Made by a program: the position numbers and the translations under genes. A stretch of 58,351 nucleotides of DNA from Aeromicrobium sp. (GTDB lineage: Bacteria > Actinomycetota > Actinomycetes > Propionibacteriales > Nocardioidaceae): positions 1 to 58,351 of the forward strand of contig NZ_JAKFCB010000376.1 in assembly GCF_036676885.1 (NCBI RefSeq), written 5' to 3'. The notes under the pieces are model-generated. The model was not told the origin of the DNA and ran no database searches. It worked only from the letters and a program-made list of their open reading frames with translations. Below are positions 48,978 through 58,283 of this stretch, piece by piece (position 1 is the stretch's first letter; every line of letters begins with the position of its first letter).

Positions 48978-49652
48978 TCAGGCGGTGACGACGACCGTGG
49001 TGCCCACCGGCGCGAACTCCCACAAGGCGATCGCGTCGGGCATCCACTGGCGAATGCACCCCGCGGAGAGCGGGGTGCCGAGCTCCGCCTTGGTCTGCTC
49101 CAGGTCGCCGTTGTTGTAGCGGGGCACCGAGTGGAACCCGATCGGCGCGCTGAATCCGGTCGTGAAGCGCACGAAGTACTCCATCGTGCCGGTGCCGTCG
49201 AACGCCGTGGCATGGCGCGACCGCGACTGCACGGCGTACGTCCCGGGCTCGAGGTTGTCGAAGCGACTGCCCGAGACGAGGTACGTACGCTCGACCGCGC
49301 CGTCGTCGCCGACGAGCCAGACCCGCTGATCGCCCTCGTCGAAGACGATGCGGCGACCGCTGCCCGACCCCGCCGGCAGCTCGGCCACCTTCGTCACGCT
49401 GGCGGCAGCGACCCGGCGCTTGGGCTCAGGATCAGGCTCGGGGACGACCAGGGCGTCGATGCGCGCCGTCTCGAGGGCGGCGGGTGCGAGCGCCGAGGTG
49501 TCGGCGACGGCTCGATCGGCCTTGAGCTGCGGCAGGATCCCGACCGCTGCGCCGCCGATCGCGATCGTGACGCCCATCGCGAGGCCAAGCACACCCACCC
49601 GGCCGCGACGGCGGACCATTCGGTGGGAGGCGCGGTGCTTGGACACGCCCAC
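48978..49652 (-). CDS. L,D-transpeptidase-family protein
   Basis: N-terminal TM; QRVWLV, IGFHS.P and S.GCIR catalytic motif. Confidence 0.85.
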   Translation of the reverse strand: MGVSKHRASHRMVRRRGRVGVLGLAMGVTIAIGGAAVGILPQLKADRAVADTSALAPAALETARIDALVVPEPDPEPKRRVAAASVTKVAELPAGSGSGRRIVFDEGDQRVWLVGDDGAVERTYLVSGSRFDNLEPGTYAVQSRSRHATAFDGTGTMEYFVRFTTGFSAPIGFHSVPRYNNGDLEQTKAELGTPLSAGCIRQWMPDAIALWEFAPVGTTVVVTA

Positions 49653-49718
49653 ATCCTAATCGGCCGATGCTCGACCCATCGGTCTTCGGGCTTACCCGCC
49701 CGTGGAAAGCGTGGAAGG

Positions 49719-50486
49719 CTACGTCTTCTTCGTGCCGTTGAGCATGCCCGCGGCGACCTGGCGGTAGGCGTCGGCGCCCTTGTGCGTCCGGGCGGTCGCG
49801 AGCACCGACCGGCCGATCGCCGGCGCCTCGGCGAACCGGATCGTCTTGGGGATCGGCGGCGTCACGACCGGCAGCTCGTACGTCTCACGGATCGCGGCCA
49901 GGACGTTCTGCGCGTGCTTGGTGCGCCCGTCGTACATCGTGGGCAGGACGCCCATGATCTCCAACGACGAGTTGATGAACTGGCGCACGTCGTGGATCGT
50001 GTCGAGCAGCTGGCCGACGCCGCGGTGCGACAGCGTCTCGGCCTGCAACGGGATCAGCACCTTCTCGGCCGCGGACAGCGCACCGACGGTGAGGATGCCG
50101 AGGGTCGGAGGGCAGTCGATCAGGATCCAGTCGTAGTCGTCCGCGACCTTGTCGAGGGCGACCCGCAGGCGCTGCTCGCGTCCCGTGCGGCCGATGAGGC
50201 TCTCTTCGGCCTGGGTCAGGGTGATGTTGGCCGGCAGCAGGTGCATGCCGTCATCCGTGATGACGATCGCGTCCTCGGCAAGCTTGGTGCCGAGCAGCAC
50301 CTCCGCGACCGTGACGTCGAGATCCTCCGGGTCGATGCCGAGGGAGAAGGTCAGGCTGCCCTGCGGATCGACGTCGACCAGCAGGACCCGCTGCTTGAGC
50401 TCGGTCAGCGCGGCGCCGAGCGACACGACTGTCGTCGTCTTGGCGACGCCACCCTTCTGGTTCGCCACTGCGATAGTCGTCGTCAC
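49719..50486 (-). CDS. ParA/Soj-family ATPase (Rv3213c-like)
   Basis: ANQKGGVAKTTT, D.DPQG, IDCPP.LG, ETLSHRGVGQL, FAEAP; start GTG 50486 or ATG 50495. Confidence 0.92.
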   Translation of the reverse strand: MTTTIAVANQKGGVAKTTTVVSLGAALTELKQRVLLVDVDPQGSLTFSLGIDPEDLDVTVAEVLLGTKLAEDAIVITDDGMHLLPANITLTQAEESLIGRTGREQRLRVALDKVADDYDWILIDCPPTLGILTVGALSAAEKVLIPLQAETLSHRGVGQLLDTIHDVRQFINSSLEIMGVLPTMYDGRTKHAQNVLAAIRETYELPVVTPPIPKTIRFAEAPAIGRSVLATARTHKGADAYRQVAAGMLNGTKKT

Positions 50487-50556
50487 GGTCGCCATTGTGT
50501 CATCACGTGGCCCGGCCTCGGCGCCCCTACGCCGAGGCGTTTGGCATGCTTGCTCC

Positions 50557-51315
50557 ATGACACGTCGCGCGCTGGTGACCGGGGCAACCTCAGGGATCGG
50601 CAACGCGTTCGCGAAGGAGCTCGCCAAGCGCGGCTACGACCTCGTGATCGTCGCGCGTACGACCGAACGGCTCGAGGCGCTCGCGACGCAGATGCGCAGC
50701 AAGCACCGGGTCGAGGTCGACGTCGTGACGGCCGATCTGTCGACCACCGAGGGCGTACGAGCGGCGGTCAACAAGCTGACCGACACGACCCTCCCGGTCG
50801 ACCTCCTGGTCAACAACGCCGGAGCGTCGCTCGCCGGCTGGTTCGGCACGACCGACATCGGTGACGAGGACCGGCAGCTCGACCTGCTCGTGCGCGCGCC
50901 GATGCATCTCATGGACGCCGCGATCAAGACCATGGCCGGCCGCGGCGGTGGTCAGATCATCAACGTGTCGAGCGTCGCCGCGTTCACGCCGCGCGGGGTC
51001 TACTCGGCGCACAAGGCCTGGCTGCTCAATCTGTCGCGGTGGGCCAACTTCCACTACGCCGACGTCAACATCTCGGTGCAGGCGCTGTGTCCCGGGTTCG
51101 TACGCACCGAGTTCCACCAGCGCGGCGAGATGGACGTCTCGGGCGTGCCGAAGTGGATGTGGCTCAAGCCTGACAAGGTCGTCAGGACCTCGCTCAAGGA
51201 CCTCGACAAGGGCAAGGCGGTCTCGATCCCGTCATTCCGCTACAAGGTGCTGACGATCCTGGCGCAGTACATGCCCAAGCGCCTCGTCACCCGGGCTGCG
51301 AAGCGCGGCCGATGA
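50557..51315 (+). CDS. Short-chain dehydrogenase/reductase
   Basis: TGATSGIG, NNAG, SS, YSAHK, CPGFVRTEF. Confidence 0.92.
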   Translation: MTRRALVTGATSGIGNAFAKELAKRGYDLVIVARTTERLEALATQMRSKHRVEVDVVTADLSTTEGVRAAVNKLTDTTLPVDLLVNNAGASLAGWFGTTDIGDEDRQLDLLVRAPMHLMDAAIKTMAGRGGGQIINVSSVAAFTPRGVYSAHKAWLLNLSRWANFHYADVNISVQALCPGFVRTEFHQRGEMDVSGVPKWMWLKPDKVVRTSLKDLDKGKAVSIPSFRYKVLTILAQYMPKRLVTRAAKRGR

Positions 51316-52157
51316 GCACGCCGAAGTCGCTGGAGCTGCCGCCGGGCGTCGAGGCCGTGACGCTGGAGACCTCGCGCGGCCGGTTCGCGGCGCACACCGT
51401 CCGGGCCGACATCTCCGCGGCGCACGTCCTGCTCGTGCCGGGCTGGACCGGTTCCAAGGAGGACTTCACGGCTCTGCTGCCGTTCCTCGCGAGAGCCGGA
51501 CTCGACGCCACGGCGTACGACCAGCGCGGTCAGTACGAGACTGCCGGCGCCCCCGGCGACGACTACTCGTTGGACGGATTCGGCGCCGACGCCATCGCGG
51601 TCAGCACGGCCGTGACCGAAGGTGGCCGGTCGCACGTGCTCGGTCACTCCTTCGGCGGTCTGGTCGCTCAGCACGCCGCGGTCACCGACCCGTCCGCGTG
51701 GCGCAGCCTGAGCCTGCTCTGCTCCGGCCCGGGCGCCCTGGGCGACTCCCCGACGCGGCCGCTCAGCGCGCTGGTGCAGTCGATCGGCGTCATGACCCTC
51801 GCCGAGATCCGCGCAACGCTGCCGCCGGACCCGTCGGTGCCGCCCGACATCGCGGAGTTCCTCGACAACCGCTTCACCTCCAACACCGAGGCATCGCTCA
51901 AGGCCATCACCCAGCTCCTGATCGACGCGCCCGACATCATCGACGACGTCGCGGCGACCGGGCTCCCGTTCTGGGTCGGCCGCGGTGCCGACGACGACGC
52001 CTGGCCCCATGACGCGCAGGAGGCCATGGCCAAGCGCCTCGACACCGAGATCCACGTGATCGACCACGCCGCGCACTCGCCCGCCGTCGAGAACCCTGAC
52101 GGCCTGTTGGACGCGTGGCTGCCGTTTCTCCACCAACACAGCCGGGAGGGTCGCTGA
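51312..52157 (+). CDS. Alpha/beta fold hydrolase
   Basis: PGWTGSKEDF, DQRGQ, GHSFGG, HSP..ENP. Confidence 0.9.
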   Translation: MSTPKSLELPPGVEAVTLETSRGRFAAHTVRADISAAHVLLVPGWTGSKEDFTALLPFLARAGLDATAYDQRGQYETAGAPGDDYSLDGFGADAIAVSTAVTEGGRSHVLGHSFGGLVAQHAAVTDPSAWRSLSLLCSGPGALGDSPTRPLSALVQSIGVMTLAEIRATLPPDPSVPPDIAEFLDNRFTSNTEASLKAITQLLIDAPDIIDDVAATGLPFWVGRGADDDAWPHDAQEAMAKRLDTEIHVIDHAAHSPAVENPDGLLDAWLPFLHQHSREGR

Positions 52158-52771
52158 TGGCCAAGTTCACCCGCGGATTCACCGGAGGCGCCCGCCGCGG
52201 CGGCGACAAGCGGCTGCCGCCGGGCCAGTACGACACCGGCGCCGGCTGGCCGGTCCTGACCGCCGAGCTGACCCCGACGATCGACCTCGACACCTGGACC
52301 ATGACGGTCGACGGCCTGGTCGAGAACCCCACGACGTGGGACTGGCGCGGCATCCACGCGCTGCCGCCGTCGTCCTACTTCGGCGACATCCACTGCGTGA
52401 CGACGTGGACCAAGTTCGACACGACGTTCGCCGGCGTCAGCGTCGACGCGTTGCTCGAGATCGCGAAACCCAGGCCCGAGGCCACGCACGTCATGGCGAC
52501 CGCGACGACGGGCTACAACACCAACCTGCCGCTCGAGGACATCACGGACGGCAAGGCGTGGATCGTGTGGGAGTTCGACGGCGAGCCGCTGGCGCCCGAG
52601 CACGGCGGGCCCGTACGCCTGCTGGTGCCGCACCTGTACTTCTGGAAGTCCGCCAAGTGGATCACCCGCATCGAGCTGATGGACCACGACGAGCAGGGCT
52701 TCTGGGAGCGCAACGGCTATCACGACCGCGGCGACCCGTGGCTCGAGCAGCGCTATCAGGGTGATGCATGA
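52157..52771 (+). CDS. Sulfite oxidase-like molybdopterin oxidoreductase
   Basis: RLPPGQ, DIHCVT.W, EHGGPVRLLVPHLYFWKSAKW, GFWE.NGYH.RGDPW.EQRY. Confidence 0.92.
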   Translation: MAKFTRGFTGGARRGGDKRLPPGQYDTGAGWPVLTAELTPTIDLDTWTMTVDGLVENPTTWDWRGIHALPPSSYFGDIHCVTTWTKFDTTFAGVSVDALLEIAKPRPEATHVMATATTGYNTNLPLEDITDGKAWIVWEFDGEPLAPEHGGPVRLLVPHLYFWKSAKWITRIELMDHDEQGFWERNGYHDRGDPWLEQRYQGDA

Positions 52772-52851
52772 GCGAGCGCCAGCGAGTGAACAATCAGGCA
52801 CTCACGCTGTCGTCCTCGTATCGTGGGTTTCTATCGGGGGCGACAGCGTGA
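52768..52851 (+). repeat. MIRU-like intercistronic element with 27-codon mini-ORF and palindrome
   Basis: ATGA overlap with upstream stop, GTGA overlap with downstream start; hairpin 52802-52851. Confidence 0.7.
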
Positions 52852-53546
52852 CAGAGGCGGTCGCGAGCTCGTGGACCACTGGCATCGTGCGCGAGGTCGA
52901 GCGGTTCGGCGAGACCTACGTCAGGTTGCGGCTCGAGGTCGCAGATCGTCATGACCACGTGCCGGGCCAGCACTACGTCGTACGCCTGCGGGCGCCTGAC
53001 AACTACACGGCCCAGCGGTCGTACTCACTGGCCTCCGACCCCGCCGATCCGTTGATCGAGCTCATGGTGGAGTGCCTGCCGCGTGGCGAGGTCTCGGGGT
53101 TCCTGCACGATGTCGTCGAGGTCGGTGACGAGCTCGAGCTGCGCGGCCCGATCGGTCGCTGGTTCGTCTGGGGCGGCCAGGTCCCCTCTCTGTGCGTCGC
53201 GGGCGGTTCGGGCGTCGTGCCGTTCGTCTCGATGCTGCGGTATGCCCGCCGGCTCGGCACCGCGTCGCAGCTGACGATCGTCGCCTCGGCCCAGACGCGC
53301 GAGCGGTTGCCCTACATCGAGGAGCTCGAGGAGTTCGGCGCGTTCATCGCCCTGACCCGCGAGAACCACGGCGATCGCGTCGCCGCGCACATCTACCCCG
53401 ACGAGCTGGCGGAGCTGTCCAAGGGCATCGAGCGCGCGTACGTCTGCGGGTCGGCCGGGTTCGTGAGCTTCGTCGGACGCAGCCTGGGCGAGGCGGGTGT
53501 GCCGAGCGACATCGTGCGCGTCGAGCAGTTCGGCGCGACGAGCTAG
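52848..53546 (+). CDS. Ferredoxin-NADP reductase-like FAD/NAD(P)-binding oxidoreductase
   Basis: PGQH..VRL, RSYSLAS, GEVS, RGPIG, GGSGVVP, YVCG, E.FG. Confidence 0.9.
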   Translation: MTEAVASSWTTGIVREVERFGETYVRLRLEVADRHDHVPGQHYVVRLRAPDNYTAQRSYSLASDPADPLIELMVECLPRGEVSGFLHDVVEVGDELELRGPIGRWFVWGGQVPSLCVAGGSGVVPFVSMLRYARRLGTASQLTIVASAQTRERLPYIEELEEFGAFIALTRENHGDRVAAHIYPDELAELSKGIERAYVCGSAGFVSFVGRSLGEAGVPSDIVRVEQFGATS

Positions 53547-54364
53547 CCGAAGAGGCGGCGGTACTGCTCGGGCTCCGTCGTGTTGCTGCCGAGCGGGAAG
53601 TCGACCTTGCCGGTGCCGTGGTAGTCGCTGGAGCCGGTCCACACGAGGCCGAGCTCGCGCGCGATCTGGCGCAGCACGGCGCGATCCTCGGCCCCGTGGT
53701 CGTTGTGGTCGGCCTCGAGCCCGTCGAGCCCTTGCTCGGCGAGGGTCCGGATGCGGTCGCGGGTCAGCACCCGGTGGCTGCCGCGCGACCACGGGTGCGC
53801 CAGCACGGTCTTGCCGCCGGCGGCCTTGACCAGACCGATCACCGTCGGCAGGTCGGCGGCGTAGCGGTCGACGTACGCGGGCTTGCCGGGCGTGAGGTAG
53901 CGCTCGAACGCCTCCCCGCGGTCCTTGACCACGCCCAGCTCGATCAGGGCGTCGGCGACGTGGGGGCGACCCATCGCGGCGGCATTCGCCGACCTGGCGC
54001 GCACGTCGTCTGCGGTGATGTCGATGCCGAGGCCCTGGAGCCGCTCGAGCGTTGCCGGCAGGCGTGAGTTGCGGCCGTCGATGATCTTGCGCAGCTCGAT
54101 CGCGAGCGGCTGGTACCCGGGGTCGAACTCGTAGCCCAGCAGGTGCACGCTCTTGCCGCCGAGCTTGGTCGAGATCTCGATCCCGTGCACCAGCGTGATA
54201 CCGACCCGCTTCGCCGCCTCGTCGGCTTCCTTCCAGCCCTCCGTGGAGTCGTGGTCGGTGATCGCGATGACGTCGAGCCCGGCGGCCTTGGCGTTCTCCA
54301 TCAGCTCGGTGGGGCTGTCGGTGCCGTCGGACCGGTCCGTGTGCGTGTGGAGGTCGATCTTCAC
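53543..54364 (-). CDS. PHP-domain phosphoesterase (TrpH/YciV-like)
   Basis: DLHTH...SDG, ITDHD, GIEIS, HLLGY, GRPH.A, LAHP, TGSSDYHG. Confidence 0.92.
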   Translation of the reverse strand: MKIDLHTHTDRSDGTDSPTELMENAKAAGLDVIAITDHDSTEGWKEADEAAKRVGITLVHGIEISTKLGGKSVHLLGYEFDPGYQPLAIELRKIIDGRNSRLPATLERLQGLGIDITADDVRARSANAAAMGRPHVADALIELGVVKDRGEAFERYLTPGKPAYVDRYAADLPTVIGLVKAAGGKTVLAHPWSRGSHRVLTRDRIRTLAEQGLDGLEADHNDHGAEDRAVLRQIARELGLVWTGSSDYHGTGKVDFPLGSNTTEPEQYRRLFG

Positions 54365-54428
54365 GTGGTCAGGCTACGGGTTCGGTCGATCGCCCACCGG
54401 CAAGGCTCAGGCCACGTACGATCGGATG

Positions 54429-55868
54429 ATGTCGAGTCAGCCTGTCCCAGTTGTCACACCTCTGGTGGTCAATGACACCCACTCGCTGCTCAACGAGACC
54501 AAGGTGGCCAGGGTCGTCGAGATCGGGTCGGTCGACGACATCATCGCTGCGATCGCGGCCGCCGAAGCTGACGGACTGCCGATCGCGATCGGCGGCGGGC
54601 GGCACGCCATGGGTGGTCAGCAGTTCTGCGAGGCGGGGGTGCTGCTCGACATGAGGGCCTGCTCCCGAGTGCTGGCGCTCGACACGTCGCGCGGGCTGGT
54701 CACGGTCGAGGCCGGCATCATGTGGCCCGAGCTCGTCGCCCACCTGCTCGCTGCGCAACCGCAGACCGGGCCGACCGACCCGGCAGTGCCGCGGTGGGGA
54801 ATCCGGCAGAAGCAGACCGGAGCAGACCGCCTCACTCTCGGCGGATCGATCTCGGCGAACGCTCACGGACGTGGCCTGGCCTACGCGCCGATCGTGCAGG
54901 ACGTCGAGGAGCTGACGGTCGTCGACGCACAGGGCGTGGTGCGCACCTGCAGCCGTACGCAGGACGCCGACCTGTTCGGCCTCGTGATCGGCGGCTACGG
55001 GTTGTTCGGCGTGATCTACTCGGTCACCCTCCGACTCGAGCCTCGACGCCAGGTGGAGCGAGTCGTCGAGGTGCGGGACATCGGGACGGTCGGCGAGGCG
55101 TTCGGCGCCCGGATCGCGGACGGATTCACGTACGGCGACTTCCAGTTCTCGATCGACGAGGCGGCCGACGACTTCCTCGAGCGGGGGGTCTTCTCCTGCT
55201 ACCGGCCGATTTCGGAGGAACGCGCGATCCCGGCAGACCAGAAGGCGCTGACCCGCGAGGAATGGGGACGGCTGCTCTACCTGGCCCACACCGACCGGGC
55301 CGAGGTCACCGAGCAGTACATCGCCCACTATCTCGCCACGACCGGACAGCTCTACTGGTCCGACACGCATCAGATGGCCGACTACGTGGACGGCTACCAC
55401 GCGATGCTCGACGAGTTCCTGCCGACAACCGTCTCGGCGACCGAGGTCATCAGCGAGATCTACGTCCCCCGCGATCGACTGATGGACTTCATGAGCGCCG
55501 CTGCGACCTACCTGCGCCGGGCCGGCTCGATCGTGGTCTACGGCACCGTGCGCCTCATCGAGCGAGACGACGTCACGTTCCTGGCGTGGGCCCGCGAGCC
55601 GTACGCCTGCGTGATCTTCAACCTGCACACCGAGCACACCCCGGACGCGATCGACCGGACTGCCGAGGACTTCCGTCACCTGATCGACCTCGGCATCGAG
55701 CGCGGCGGAAGCTTCTTCCTGACCTATCACCGGTGGGCACGCCGCGACCAGATCGAGGCGTGCTACCCGCAGATGCCCGAGTTCCTCGCCCGCAAGCTCG
55801 CGTTCGACCCCCACGAGCGGTTCCAGAGCGACTGGTACCGCCACCTGCGGGACCTGTTCACCGGCTGA
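54429..55868 (+). CDS. FAD-binding oxidoreductase (FAD_binding_4, aldonolactone oxidase/DprE1-like)
   Basis: GGRHAMGGQQF, VEAGI.W, LGGSIS.NAHGRG, GGYGLFGVI, GGSFFLTY, K..FDP...FQS; start 54426 or 54429. Confidence 0.85.
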   Translation: MSSQPVPVVTPLVVNDTHSLLNETKVARVVEIGSVDDIIAAIAAAEADGLPIAIGGGRHAMGGQQFCEAGVLLDMRACSRVLALDTSRGLVTVEAGIMWPELVAHLLAAQPQTGPTDPAVPRWGIRQKQTGADRLTLGGSISANAHGRGLAYAPIVQDVEELTVVDAQGVVRTCSRTQDADLFGLVIGGYGLFGVIYSVTLRLEPRRQVERVVEVRDIGTVGEAFGARIADGFTYGDFQFSIDEAADDFLERGVFSCYRPISEERAIPADQKALTREEWGRLLYLAHTDRAEVTEQYIAHYLATTGQLYWSDTHQMADYVDGYHAMLDEFLPTTVSATEVISEIYVPRDRLMDFMSAAATYLRRAGSIVVYGTVRLIERDDVTFLAWAREPYACVIFNLHTEHTPDAIDRTAEDFRHLIDLGIERGGSFFLTYHRWARRDQIEACYPQMPEFLARKLAFDPHERFQSDWYRHLRDLFTG

Positions 55869-55885
55869 CGGAGACGTGCGCCGGG

Positions 55886-56581
55886 TCAGCCCAGCCGCTG
55901 GAGGTAGCTCCGCACCAGATTGTCGGCGAGCTCTGTCGCCGCACCGGGTTCGCGCCCGGCCGCCGACAGGGAGACGAAGGCCGTGACCGACGTCCGCCCG
56001 CTGGCCACGTGGACCGTGGCGATCAGGAGTCCCCGGTCAGACTTCGCATCGCTTGCGAACTCGGTCCGTGCGGCAATGATCCCGGTCCAGGCGTCGATCG
56101 ACAGCTTGTCGACAGATCCCTTCCCGTGGGTCGCCGGCACGACGCCCTCGCCGACTCTGCGTTTCGGCAGGTCGAACACTCCGACATATGGCTCCTGGAG
56201 CTTGCGTGCCGACGCGACCGCCTTGGTCGCGGCGGCGGCATCGTCCTGATGTATCCCGTGCAGGGCGACAAAGTCCATCGGAGTCGCCCGGACCCGCACC
56301 TGCTCGGCGCCAACGAGTGACGCCGGCTCGATCGTTGCCGTCGTGGCGACGGTGTCCTTGCGGTACGCCTCGCAGTCCGTCTTGTCCTGCGGGCATCTAC
56401 GGGTGATCTTGCTGGCGCCGGGGATGTCCTCGAGCTTGGGCAGAGCCGACTCGAGCTGCTTCAGCGTGTAGACCTTCGGTGCGGGCTTGGTGGTCGGCTT
56501 GGCGGCATCGGAGCCCGAACCTCCTCCGCAGCCGGCCAGGAGCGCGAGCCCGGCAACGAGCACCGCAAGACGCTGGAACAT
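55886..56581 (-). CDS. Hypothetical lipoprotein
   Basis: Signal peptide with lipobox LLAGC; GGGGAAGG before ATG at 56581. Confidence 0.75.
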   Translation of the reverse strand: MFQRLAVLVAGLALLAGCGGGSGSDAAKPTTKPAPKVYTLKQLESALPKLEDIPGASKITRRCPQDKTDCEAYRKDTVATTATIEPASLVGAEQVRVRATPMDFVALHGIHQDDAAAATKAVASARKLQEPYVGVFDLPKRRVGEGVVPATHGKGSVDKLSIDAWTGIIAARTEFASDAKSDRGLLIATVHVASGRTSVTAFVSLSAAGREPGAATELADNLVRSYLQRLG

Positions 56582-56643
56582 CGACGTGCCTTCCCCCGAA
56601 GTGTTGAGCAATCAGCATGTCATGCGTCCGGCCGTCATCCGGC

Positions 56644-57228
56644 TCAGGGCAGGCAGTTCCACTGGCGTACGACCTGGGTGCCGCGGTCGACGCCGAGCAC
56701 CGAGATCGTCGAAGTGTCGAGCGCGAACAAGCGGCCCTCCGACACGTCGAGGCCGAGCCAGCGAGCGGCCAGGGCCCGCAGCGAGTGGCCGTGCGCGAAG
56801 ACCAGGGTCTTGCCGTCGGCCGCGCGGGCACGGGCCACGACCCGGTCGAGGCGCTCGGCCACCTGCTGCGCGGTCTCGCCACCTGGTGACGGATGCGTCC
56901 AGACACTCCAGTCCGGCACGGTCCTGCGGATCTCGGCGGTCGTGAGGCCTTCGTAGTCGCCGTACGCCCACTCGGCGAGGTCCTCGTCGTGCACGGCATC
57001 GGGGAATCCGGCGAGCTCGGCGGTGTGGACGGCGCGTCGGCGCGGGCTCGTCAGGACGTGCACGAAGTTGATGCCAGCCAGCGGACCCACGAGCGTACGA
57101 GCGGCAGCCTCGCCCTTGGCAGTCAACGGCAGGTCGGTCGTGGACGTGTGCTGGCCGCCGCGACTCCACTCCGTCTCGCCATGGCGCACCAGCCAGAGCT
57201 GGTCCTCGACCTCGTCAGCGTGGGACAA
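56644..57228 (-). CDS. Histidine phosphatase family protein (Rv3214/Gpm2-like)
   Basis: RHGETEWS, TDLPLT, SP..RA..TA, EW.YGDYEG, HGHSLR. Confidence 0.92.
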   Translation of the reverse strand: MSHADEVEDQLWLVRHGETEWSRGGQHTSTTDLPLTAKGEAAARTLVGPLAGINFVHVLTSPRRRAVHTAELAGFPDAVHDEDLAEWAYGDYEGLTTAEIRRTVPDWSVWTHPSPGGETAQQVAERLDRVVARARAADGKTLVFAHGHSLRALAARWLGLDVSEGRLFALDTSTISVLGVDRGTQVVRQWNCLP

Positions 57229-58282
57229 GGGCCCAGACGTCCAGGTCGAGGAGCACGCCGGGTGCGTACTTGCCCGCTTGTCCTGAGCCTGCCGAAGGGT
57301 CGTCCTCGCGCAGGGTCATGGACTCGTCGCGGCCCCTGGTGGCCACGAGCCGCAGGCGCAGGGCACCGACGCCGGTGCCCTCCCACGCTGCGGGCGTGGC
57401 CTTGTCGAGCACCTCCGACCACGCGTAGATCGTGTCGCCGGCGAACGCGGGCGACGTGTGTGCGCCGGCGTTGATCGCCGCGATCAGCTGGGCGTTGGCG
57501 AGCCCGTTGAACGACAGCGCCCGGGCCAGGGAGATGACGTGGCCGCCGTAGACGAGCCGGTTGCCGTCCGGGCGGGCCTCGGTGTTGAAGTGCACCTTGG
57601 CGGTGTTCTGCCACAGCCGGGTCGCGAGCATGTGCTCGGGATCGGTGAGCGTGACACCGTCGACGTGGTCGATCTTCTCGCCGACCTCGTAGTCGTCGAA
57701 GCGGTGCGGCTCCCCCGCAGCCACATCGTCGTACGCCGTGAAGTCCAGCCCGGCCGGGAGGACCAGGTCGTCCGGGGCCACCACCGGGGCGAGGTCCGGC
57801 AGGACGGTCTCGGGGGCCGGCGCGTCCAGGTCGCGCTTGTGCACCATGACCCAGCGGGCCCACTCGAGCACGACCTCGTCGCGCTGGTTGGTGGCGGTCG
57901 AGCGTACGTGGACCACGCCGGTCTTGCCGTTGGAGTTCTGCTTGAGGCCGATGACCTCCGACTGCGTCGCGATCGTGTCGCCGGGAACGACCGGGCGGTG
58001 GAAGCGGCACTCGGCGTAGCCGAGGTTGGCCACCGCGTTGAGCGAGATGTCCGGAACCGTCTTGCCGAATGCGATGTGGAACGCGATCAGCTCTTCGACC
58101 GGATGCCGGCTGAGGCCGACGGACGCCGCGAACTCTGCGGAGGACGGCACCGCGAAGCGCGTGGGATAGAGCGCGCCGTAGGCCGCGCGGTCGCCCTCGG
58201 TGACCGTGCGGGGAGTCGCATGCCGGAGGACCTGCCCGACCTCGAAGTCCTCGAAGAAGTTGCCGGCGTTCGTCTTGGTCAT
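57215..58282 (-). CDS. Double-MaoC hydratase, mesaconyl-CoA hydratase (Mch)-like
   Basis: KTN.G.FFEDF..G..L.HA.PRTV, FGKTVPDISLNAVANLGYAE, QNTAKVHF, YGGHVIS.ARALSFNGLANA. Confidence 0.85.
   Translation of the reverse strand: MTKTNAGNFFEDFEVGQVLRHATPRTVTEGDRAAYGALYPTRFAVPSSAEFAASVGLSRHPVEELIAFHIAFGKTVPDISLNAVANLGYAECRFHRPVVPGDTIATQSEVIGLKQNSNGKTGVVHVRSTATNQRDEVVLEWARWVMVHKRDLDAPAPETVLPDLAPVVAPDDLVLPAGLDFTAYDDVAAGEPHRFDDYEVGEKIDHVDGVTLTDPEHMLATRLWQNTAKVHFNTEARPDGNRLVYGGHVISLARALSFNGLANAQLIAAINAGAHTSPAFAGDTIYAWSEVLDKATPAAWEGTGVGALRLRLVATRGRDESMTLREDDPSAGSGQAGKYAPGVLLDLDVWALVPR
57276..57299. repeat. REP-like 24-mer within the hydratase coding sequence
   Basis: GCTTGTCCTGAGCCTGCCGAAGGG resembles the recalled widespread CCCTTCGACAGGCTCAGG repeat; encodes PSAGSGQA. 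Confidence 0.55.
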
Positions 58283-58283
58283 G

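Noticed and set aside
49719-50486. Plasmid or ICE partition module
   Set aside because: No ParB; corresponds to the conserved chromosomal Rv3213c-like ParA
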